Of a stretch of DNA of 54,082 bases, positions 37,400-47,130 are shown in pieces. Position numbers and translations under genes: made by a program. The notes beneath the pieces are model-generated. The model did not search any database and was not told where the DNA came from. It saw only the letters and a list, made by a program, of their open reading frames with translations. Position 1 is the first letter of the stretch. The number at the start of each line of letters is the position of its first letter. Source of the DNA: Bigelowiella natans CCMP2755 (lineage: Eukaryota > Protista > Cercozoa); NCBI GenBank assembly GCA_000320545.1, contig ADNK01000974.1, positions 1 through 54,082 on the forward strand. Direction: 5' to 3'.

Positions 37400-38705
37400 C
37401 GATGTACTCGCATCTGAGTTTCAAGCAGCGAAGCGAGCCACTGGCAGGCTCAACTACTGCTTTGCTAGGCATTCAGGCCTTCGACCCAGAACACGGATTC
37501 ATCTTTGGAATGCTCTTGTTCGTCCTGTTCTCGAATGTGGCATGGGACTGCTTTCTCCCATTTTGCCACAATGCCTCAAAAACCAGCTGCAGAGTGTCCA
37601 GACACAGTTCCTGAGAGCAACTCTCAGAGCCCGAAACCAACCCTTGCACTTCCCATTGTCCGAATGTGACCAGGAAGATTTGCAGGCCCGTTGGGACAAG
37701 TCTCTCATGAGTCTTCTGAACAGGATGCACCAGCAACCTGATGATTCAATGACGAAGGACTTGCCATTCCTTGCCCTGGACAAGGCTGATGCTCTCCGTT
37801 CAAGTTGGGGTTCCAATGCTAGGTCTGTTCTTCACTGCATTGTTGGTCCTGACCAATCTGCTCGTGGTTTTGGCATGCCAGAAAACCCAGACCAGACCTG
37901 TCCAAAACGCGTTGATCTTGACCTGAACCGAAGAGTCAGGACTCGTCTGTCCACTGATGACAATTTGCGTCGCAGCTTTTGCTTGTCCATCAAACCCGAC
38001 ACCCCCATCACTGAATCCAGAGCTTGGTCAAAGAGCCACATTGGGAGGCCAGCTTCCAGATCCTTTGAGCGTCATCTTGATGATTGGCATGACAACTCAG
38101 GAGTGTTGCTGAAACTCCAGTTCCGTGCTGGGACTTGCGAAACTGAAGAACACAGGGCTGAGATTCACAATCTGCCTCCCTCTTCCTCGGTTTGTCCTTT
38201 TTGTGATGCGGAAGTTGTCCAAAACGTCAACCACCTCATCCATCATTGCACTCACTTGAGTGCTGCGAGAAACAAACTGTTCTCGCGCATGAGAGCAGCT
38301 CTGGGCCCAGCCACGCTTCTCCTGCCTGTTCTTCTTCATTCTTTGAGGCTCCAGACTCCATCAAAACCAAAGTTTTGCTGGGTGCTCCTTTGACGGATGA
38401 TCCAAACGTGGATCGTCGTGTGGACATTGCGTTCAGGAAGTTCCTGCTCAGAGTGGATGCCTTGCGCCATCGTCACATTGCTGCCAGCTGTTTTGTCTCA
38501 CATCCACATGGCTGGGTCATCCCAAGCTAGCAAGCTCCTGAAAACACCTGCCTTTGCTAGTCAAGTTCCCACTGAAGCTGGTTTGCTGGTTGTGGTCCTC
38601 ACCAAAGCTGGTTCGAGGTGCTGCATTTCGCACACTGCAAGTGTCTTGCAACACTTTGGAAGTGCAGTTCATCATCATTGTTCTTGTTCTTGTTCTTGTT
38701 CTCAG
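37400..38705 (+). mobile_element. 5'-truncated non-LTR retrotransposon (LINE): region downstream of the RT core, CCHC zinc knuckle, 3' UTR and (ttgttc)n tail; A-to-G hypermutated
   Basis: RIHLWNALVRPVLECG resembles the LINE LxxxxVRPxLEYG motif. QLQSVQTQFLR, LKLQFRAG and CPFC..VQNVNHLIHHC..L...R are also present. There is a frameshift near 38320, a stop at 38530 and a simple-repeat tail at 38676-38703. No Tyr occurs after residue ~38. Confidence 0.85.
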
Positions 38706-38734
38706 TGGAAGTCACCCGTTGACAGTGCTCAATC

Positions 38735-38850
38735 ATGCTTGTTTCCCATGAGGTTGTTGCGCATGTGGTTTTGCATCAATGCTTTGTTCATTGTTCATTG
38801 TTCATTGTTCATTGTTCATTGTTCATTGTTCATTGTTCATTGTTCAATTC
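38735..38850 (+). mobile_element. 3' end of a second retroposon family with (TGTTCAT)n tail
   Basis: tttcccatgaggttgttgcgcatgtggttttgcatcaatgctt followed by ~9 x tgttcat. An inverted homolog lies at 46638-46705. Confidence 0.6.
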
Positions 38851-40251
38851 AATGTTCACTGCTCAATGTTTTTGCGTTTTTGCCACAGGCAACGCGTGGG
38901 AATGCCTCCGTCGCAGCATTGTGAATGAAGCCCCCCAACCCTGCTAGCCTGCAGCGCGTGCCAGCGTGCAGGCGGCTGTGCGAGGGGCGCGGATGCGAGA
39001 CAGGCACACAGACAATGCAGATTCATGGAGTGTGCAAAGATGAACTCTGACGCCGTGCAACTTGCTCTGCATTCATGCCTTTCCACAGACCGAAATGCCG
39101 AAGACAACATCGAACACAGTCGAACACGTTGCAACGCTGGAACGGTCGCAGAGCATCGAGAACCGAACACTGCTAGACTGACGGACACCAACGGACATCA
39201 ATGCGCTCTCCAAGGATTCGCCGCACGGGGAGTCTCCGTGAACATCTTCGTGCGTGACTCTGAATGGAATCCATGATGAAGCGGAGTGGATCTTCTCACG
39301 CGAAAAGGAAGCCACGATGATGATGCGAATCTCTGAGTGCGATGCGCTTTCCTCTGCTTCCATGCCAGCATGGCTGAAACCTGGCACAAGTGCTTGAGAT
39401 TCGTAGTCGCAAAATTGTTCATTCCGGCAAGAAATTGGGGAGATTTGCAGGAAGCACTTGGAAAGTGAAGTTGCACAGCACTGGAGCACGAGTGGTCGAA
39501 AGATGAAAACGATTGTCAGCGGTGAATGAGGCGCACACTGTGACCAAAATTCAAGATGTAGCGCAAGCTAGCATGGTTGCGATGCTCTGGCGATGAATTT
39601 TTGCGATGTCAATTTGACAAAGATCATTCTGACAAAGACATCTAGACATGCTAGCACAGAGCATGTGCCATGCTAGCATGTCCATGCGATCACATTTCTG
39701 TGGCATTCTAGCAATTTAGTTCAGCAGTAGGCTAGTAGGTCTGCAGTAGGTGATGTTTTGGGTTGCGAAATTTGCGGCATTCCCCCGCACACTACTGATT
39801 GCAGTTTGTGTGCAGTTTGGGGAAAAAAACATTGGGGTCAGGTTGCAACCCTGCTGCCGCATGGTTCAATTGATCATGAGTGTGTCGCCATCTAGCTGGG
39901 CTAATGTTTAACAGTGCAATGGTAGAATGTGAGCATGCTTCCATGCACGCACAACACTCGCGCATCATGCTTGCAGTGTGTGTCAGGTACCTGCTAGCCT
40001 GATAGCCGCACTAACATGAGTACAAAATCGAAACAAGCTTCTGGCAGGCACATGACAGCGCAGACAAATGAGCCCGCAAGTAAGTGATGCTAGAATGGTA
40101 GGTAGATCCATTGCAAGTAAGTGTCACCATGTGTGCATGCTTTTGTTTTTCAGTCAGAACGTGCCACAACTAACCGTAATGTTGTGACAACTTTTAGTGA
40201 CATTTGTAGCACACAATGCCAGTTTCTCTGCTGACCTATCTCACTCACACA

Positions 40252-40995
40252 TCATTTATCTGAATCAAGCCCATGCACTGGAACGTTGACGAATAAAGGT
40301 TTGTCAGAGAATGTAACCGTGCAGTTTGGATGTGCATAATCCAACTCAAGAATCACAATTTCTATCGGCATCTTTCCTTGCGTAAGTTCGAGACTGCTCT
40401 TCGAATCTAAAATAAGCATATAAATTCCAAATCTCACTTCCAGTCTTCTATATTAGGGAATGATCGCGACAAATATCCTTCTTCATTGTCCTCAATTGTT
40501 CTATTTTAAATATAACCTAAGAAAGGAGCAGGAACGTAGAGACGTGCTTGCGGTCCAACGCTCCAATATCGTCCGATATTATGGGAATTCACCCAAACAT
40601 ATCTGCACACATGTAATGCACAATAGCAATCAACATAATCATATCTACAGATGGTATCCACCATGATAGATAACAACAGCAACGATAATCATGATCTCCC
40701 CTACAAATATTCTTAACCAATCAATAGTTAGATTTCCGCTGTCATCAGCCTACCCTTTCCCCCATCCTGACATGTCGAGATACGTATCCACAACGCCTTC
40801 TGGAACATTATCGATCTGTGATCTAAAAAATCTTGGAAAGGCTGCAGCTGCTGCTTGGAACGATGCCAATGAAATGAAAGATGGTTGGATATGGGCTGTA
40901 GAGGGTGATTTTGGGAATGGAAGTTTCTCGATCTGGTTTGGTCTCAGTGGTAGCTAAGAGAAGCAAAGTACCAGCACACGACACACAATTACACA

Positions 40996-41026
<31 letters not shown>

Positions 41027-41116
41027 TACAAGCGTGGATTCAAACCCGTGAGGTTTATTGGCTAATTTGATGCAAGAAAGTCGCACCAATTACTAGTATT
41101 ATTGATTGTCTTTCCC

Positions 41117-41157
<41 letters not shown>

Positions 41158-44100
41158 TATCGTCATCATCATCATCTTCTTCTTCTCCTTATTCACTATT
41201 TTCAAACTATGTCCTTCTTACACAGTGAGCTTCCCATCGAAGAGGTATTGCAGCAGACAAATCATCGTCATGATTCTCATCATCATCGTCATTAGCTTGT
41301 TGTATCAGAACAACTCCATTTGGAAGGCCTTTCGTCTCGTTCATCATAGCTTGTGCGAAGTTGATGCGACCCATATTCTCTACCAAAATGTCGAGTCTTG
41401 CACCTTTGACGGCAGTTTCCGGAAGTATCAAACTGAAGTCATCATCGCCAGTAGATGCAGTCGTACGGCTCATGAGGCCAACCAATTTACCGCTGTTTTA
41501 TTATAGTTTCTTTCATCTTATATGCTCATCGACAGTAATAAAACGTGGTAGTAGTAGTATTTTAGGGTTTTCTCTGTTTCTTTTGAGATAATTAGTATCC
41601 GCCCACTCAAATGTATACCAAACGATAGTGTTAGAATGGATTATTCTATTCTCCAACAAACGTAATAATATATCTTGTTGATGCACATATGAATAGAATA
41701 ATCAGGATGATGATATATTGTAGTTGACTCCATACCCGATAAGAATGTGAGCTCTATCCCGGGGTCCATGAGGGATGCTAAGGTTGCTTCCCGACAAATC
41801 TTGCGCCAGAACGGAAGAGTAAAGAATCAATCCGTAGTAGCAGCCCAAACTATAGATAGATTCATGGCATGTGTCGTCAATCGATAGTGCCAATAGATGC
41901 GATGATGATAATGATGGTGATGATGATGATGATGATATGGATGTGGATGACATAGTGGCCCACAGTATCTTCAGTTTTTTTTCGAAAGGAGCGTTTTTAT
42001 ACGGTTTTTCGAAAGGAGCGCTTTTATACGGTATTTATCAGGGAAACTATCAATCGTTTGTATTGTGATCCCGCACTGCATCCCCTCTTTCTCCCTCTCT
42101 TGTGCGCGTGTGTTTTTCTAAAATGCGATTAAATTATTGTTGTTGTCTTGAACCGTTCCATTGCTACGGGTTCTGTCAAGTTTGTAGCAGCTGCATCCTG
42201 TGTTGTTGTTTAGAGAGAGATATAGAGAGGTGGGTGTGATCAAAACCATTAGTTCATAGATAGTATGGTGGTAGTAGTGGTGGTAGTAGTATTAGTCGGA
42301 GGAGCGGTAGTAGTAGTTAGAGAAGTAAAAGGAGGAGAAGGAGAGGGGGGGGGAGGGATAACGGATAACTGAGTAGAAGACTTGAGAAAATGCAGGAAAG
42401 ATTAATACCGGGGATAAAACATTCATTATATCTTCTTTTAGCAGCTCTGTGCCCTCTCCCATATGCACTGCCTGCCCGCCAAAAATAGCCTTTCTCGGCA
42501 GCAATTCCGGTTCTTGGGGAGGTTCAGCAGCGCCATCGGTTTTTGGATTCCAATATCTTATGAGAGCACATGTAAGCACACGATTACTTACATAGTACGA
42601 CGTTAAGGCACTTCATACGTGCACTTGAAATCCTGCAAATAATAATGTTTACCTTTTAAACACGGCAGCCAATGCGCTGTATTTGTCAATTCCGTCCGAG
42701 TCGTATCCATGTTCCCCCCCTTCAGCTATAGGAGCATCGGTATCATATGAGGTTACGTCTGATTATTTGGATTTGAAAAATCAGTTTGTAACACAGGAGG
42801 AGAGTGGAGGATGGAGGTAGTGAGCTATCGCTATAACGTAAGTAATTACAACATAAAGTTCGATACCACTCTTCCTACTATGAAACTACTTGCAGCGAGA
42901 GCATAATTTGATTTCTGCTCGCGTTTCATTGCGTGTCGTAGAATCGAATTATCAGACTATCACGACCTCCTTCTCCCCTCCCCCTTCCCCTCTCCCCTGC
43001 CTCTACCGTATTTTTGTTTAGAGAACGTAGGCGAATTAATAGCATCACCACTGCAGTATTGAACGTACAACATCTCACCAGGCTGGTATATTTTTCTTGT
43101 TTCGTCTCCATTTGCACCAGCCCAATAGCCAGTGTTAGTTCCTGTTGATATTGTTTATTGTTTCACGCATGAGAAGTAATATTAACACTGCTTCTAATAA
43201 CCATAACCATCGTCCTCATCATCATCATTATCATCATCATCATCATCACAATACCTCCATGAACCATGTATAACGAAACAGATCCGTTAGTACCTGATAT
43301 CATGATTGTGCAGTTTGAAGGAATAACAAATGATGCATAAATGTGCATGTTCTGTGTGTGCACGGTGTGTGTGCGTTTGCATATGTGCATTTTTATGAGT
43401 GGTAGTGCTGTGAGAATGAGCTTTAGGGTGATGACTATACTATTCCTGTTCCTCTTATTCTTTTAAAATAATAATATTATTACTCAAAGCAGCTTCTAGG
43501 TGCTTGGCGACAGCTATTGATGACGTGTTTTGCTTCGTCTCATTCCAATGTGTAAGCCATCCTTTTGATTATAGACGCAACATATCATGTTTCACACTCA
43601 AGGTTTTGCTGTAGTTACTAGAATGTAGCAGAAGCAGCAATAGTCGTAGTTGTAGTAGTAGTAGTAAGAGGATCCCCACATCCACATATACTCATAACAA
43701 AAACCAAAGAGCTCACAATGTTACATGCATAATACCCACTAATTTATGATGTGCATTTTCAATGATGCATTCACTCCAGCACTCCTTCTATATCAATTTA
43801 CTACCAGTATAGAACTCGCTGACCCACGGCACTGCCATTCCTGGAGGATTGCAGCTTTTTTGTGCTTCCCAGCAATAGGTAACGTTCGAGCATCCGTCTC
43901 CAACGGTTATGACTGAGGAATCGTTGAAACTGCCATGAAGCATAGAGTTTACATTTCCTCCGTCTGTGGTGAAAAGAATGACTTCATTGCCAAGAATCGT
44001 CCTCGCCTCATCAATGAGCTTTCGCATATAACGTGCATCAGATGGGTTTTCGACTACATTTCCAAAGCTACCAAACCTGGAAATGTGGGAGGAGGAGGAT

Positions 44101-45322
44101 AAACATTGACGTGAGATAGTATCTCGCGCCGTGTGTACTAGATCCAGGGGCAATAGCTTCGAATACAGCATACATGACGTGGATTACGACAAGCGACGAT
44201 TACTGCAGAGTATGTAACATAATGGTGTCATCCTACTCGTTTTCGACTTGGACCGCAACGATCATGCCACCGTTGGAATAGAGTTGAGATCTCACTCGCG
44301 ACAGGATGTTGCGCCACCATTCCAAAGCGTAAGAAATGTATGGCTCGGAGTCAGTCCGAAGCTGTATGTGAGCGTGTGGCACACTACTAATTAGTTGCGT
44401 TATGATAAGAACGAGGTTGTGTGAAGAATGCGACAATAGCAGCACGGTGTATGTTTTCCATTTAGAATGCCACTACAGGAATAGAGCCATTGGAGAGGAA
44501 CCATGCCGGAAAACCGCCAAACTCCCATTCGCCGCACATATACGGGCTAATAACATCATTGCATTTGTTGAAGGATCAAGGCCGCAAGAATGATAACACT
44601 ATATTGCATCAGCCGAATGAAAGGGCGAGCCAAATTATCATAACTATCGCTATTACTATTACAAGTATCATGATTATTAGTGATACTATTCTTAGTACTT
44701 ACCCCGCTCTGAGAACAACTACCAACCCAACCTCCTCTGCGATATCCAAGAATTTAAACAAGTCACGCGTGCCCTCGAAATTATACACGCCTCGTTCTTC
44801 CTCGTGAAAATTCCATGGTATGTAGGTCTGGAGAGCATTGAGTCCTGCAAGTGAATTATTGGTGATCAACTGTATTAACGAAATGTCGAGTTTAACAATA
44901 TCAATCGTCATGAATATGAGTAGCAAATAGTACTTACCCATTGCACGAAGCCTCAGAAGCCGGTCCCTCCAATAAGCAGGTGGTATCCTTGAATAGTGCA
45001 TGGCACCGGCCTAAGACAACATCCGGGTGAAAATAAGGCTTATCCTTACGTAGCTATTTCCCACCATCTTCGTTTATTCTGTACCAATGGAGTCGAACGA
45101 TGTCGATCGGAATAATAAAAATTGATAATTGAGGACGATTCTAACAGGAAGAAATTCAACCTTGACTTGGAAGACCTGCCCATCTTTCCAGAATCGGTCA
45201 GAAGCTACAACAAATGAAGGATTATGTTCACCTCCCTTAACGTAGAGTCCATCTGACACTGGAAGGAGGGTGGAGAGGAGAAGCAAGGTAACCCGGGTGG
45301 ACAGGGGTGCCATCATTTTCAT
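40252..45322 (-). CDS. Beta-galactosidase, glycoside hydrolase family 35 (GLB1-like), multi-exon with signal peptide
   Basis: Motifs: [71 protein letters not shown] (acid/base Glu), SEFYTGWLTHW (nucleophile Glu), [40 protein letters not shown]-like. Confidence 0.93.
41976..42035. repeat. ~28-bp tandem duplication in a beta-galactosidase intron
   Basis: tttttcgaaaggagcg(t/c)ttttatacggt occurs twice. Confidence 0.8.
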
Positions 45323-46219
45323 CGCTATCTCCCGACCAATTGTGGCCTGTTTCTTTCATCTGCGACATGGAATTAGTGTCCAATTTTTTCTTGTTTCTGT
45401 TGGCTGCGATGTGGAATTGTTGTCCAAATATGCCCTGTTCATTCAAGCTGCGACATGGAACTGTGATCTGCAAAGAAGGAGATTGCCTGGCGTCAGCACA
45501 AATTGCATCAAAGCGAGCCACCGATGTTCAATGTTCAGTGTTCAATGCTCAGTTGAGAGCACGAACACAGCTAGACAGGAACAAGCGCGCTGCAGATTCC
45601 ATTGCAACTTGTTCGTGTTTGCTCAACGGAGTGACACGCCTCACCTAGCTCGTGCTCGTGGTGTGCTGGTCCAGCCAGCCAGCTGGCCAGTGGTGCGGTG
45701 TCCAGGTGTGTTCAACGCTGGAACGTGGGGACTCGTTTGTGAAAAACCAGAGAACTCCTGGAAGTGGACCAGAAAAAATCAACAAAGCACCCACAGCTGG
45801 CCAGCCAGACGTGCGTGGCTGAACGACCCAGTTCTTGTGTGTGCAACGCACACGATGGCACGCACGTTGGACGCACATGGCGTGCTGGCGTGGTGCACAT
45901 CACTGGACGAAGTGGAACACCTGAGACACGTGCCAGCGTGCATTGCTGGGTCGTGCAAAGTGCCGGTAGTGCACCAGTGCACCTTGGCTGCAGTCTGGCA
46001 GAGTCAGAGCCAGCAGACTAGCAGGGTGCTGAGCGGCAAACGTCCTGAGTTGGCAATCAAGCTGGCTGGACGATGCCAGATTGGCTTGCTTGCACGCTGG
46101 CTTGCTAGCTGGCTGGCGTGCCTGCCACGCCCAGACGCGTCCACTGATTCGCTTTGTCCGCCGCACGTTGTTCAATGCTTCCAGTGTTTCACGTGAGGAC
46201 GCCTCACGTTTGCGAGCAT

Positions 46220-46970
46220 CAATCCTCATCGAACACCTTGAAGCATGCTTGCAAGTCTGCCATGTGTCTTCTTCTGCAAACCCAAACCCTCCCATTTTTT
46301 TGTTTTTTGCAGCTTTTCCATCGCTGCGATGCTCGGCTGCGTGGTGATGGCCTTTCACCTTTCCAAAGGGCAAAGGCGATGAGTTCCTTGAAACTTCAGA
46401 GACGTGGACAGCATTGTGTTGCATTGTTGTGTTGACAGATCGAAAGAAGTCTGAGCCCTGATCGATGTCGAAGGAGTTCCAAGTGCCTTTTTCGTTTGTC
46501 TGAAGAATTGGCAATGAACAATGAACAATGGCAGCTTGCAACAAGCTTGGGGCTCCGTTCTGATTCCAGTCAGGTGGTCAGTGTCAGTCAGTTGGTCAGT
46601 TAGTCATTCTGTTCGCGTCCTTGACTTCCCAGTTAGTCAATGAACAATGAACAATGAACAAAGCGTTGATCAAATCTGCATGCGCCAGAACCACATGGGA
46701 GACAGGCGTTTGCATGCAGCAGAGTCAGTCAGTTAGTCGGTCATTCTGTTCGCGTGAAAGATGGATTTTGGCCGATGGGGATGCAAGTGGTGGCATTCAG
46801 GACATTTTCCTTCCTCTTTTCCATTGAAGTTGTTGCTTCTGTTTTTTGAGGTTCGTTCCTAGAAATTTACCTTCCATCCCAAGAACATCGAACAACCGTT
46901 GTCGCTCTCTTCTTCGACTCCGACGACTTTGGTTTGCTTTGGGCAAAACAATGTTCCAGTTTGACGTCAT
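46220..46970 (-). pseudogene. Truncated, hypermutated duplicate of the calmodulin-like locus 5' part (homologous to 10304-10868)
   Basis: Direct alignment. It encodes KNKKMGGFGFAEED, then has a 2-nt insertion frameshift and is truncated in EF1. It carries several small insertions, and nearly all TA sites are changed. Confidence 0.92.
46638..46720 (-). mobile_element. Short retroposon 3'-end insertion with (CAATGAA)n tail, same family as 38735-38850
   Basis: caatgaacaatgaacaaagcgttgat-caaatctgcatgcgccagaaccacatgggagac aligns to the reverse complement of 38741-38800 and is absent from the 10.6-kb copy. Confidence 0.7.
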
Positions 46971-47130
46971 CAGCAGTGCAAGCTGTCATGCATCAATTGA
47001 TCATCATGTTCGTCAGCATCGTCTTTCGAAAAGTTGTTGCATTTATTGCAGAGTCATATAAAAATAGATTAAAAAAAGTGGTAATTTCTGGTTTGTAGAC
47101 TGTGTGATCGGAACAGAACCGCATGGCACA

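Larger units (their letters stand above)
37310..40255. repeat. TpA-depleted block 2 (LINE plus other degenerate repeats, graded edges)
   Basis: 37460-39400 has only 6 TA by eye, all in GCTAG. TA reappears gradually in 39400-40250, mostly as xTAG/CTAx. Confidence 0.9.
45430..47040. repeat. TpA-depleted block 3
   Basis: About 10 TA by eye in 1.6 kb: 5 in CTAG, 4 in other xTAG. Long Tyr-poor overlapping ORFs occur on both strands. Confidence 0.9.

Noticed and set aside
37400-38705. ADAR-type RNA editing captured by reverse transcription
   Set aside because: Changes occur about equally on both strands, affect a non-retroelement duplication and spacer DNA, and spare TAG, which is ADAR's preferred context.
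38783-38850. Telomeric repeat
   Set aside because: It is short, interstitial, lacks a G-run motif and is attached to a dispersed repeat end like a retroposon tail.
37460-39400. 5mC deamination (CpG decay) as the source of the TG/CA excess
   Set aside because: CpG remains plentiful in the depleted blocks, and CpG decay cannot remove TpA.
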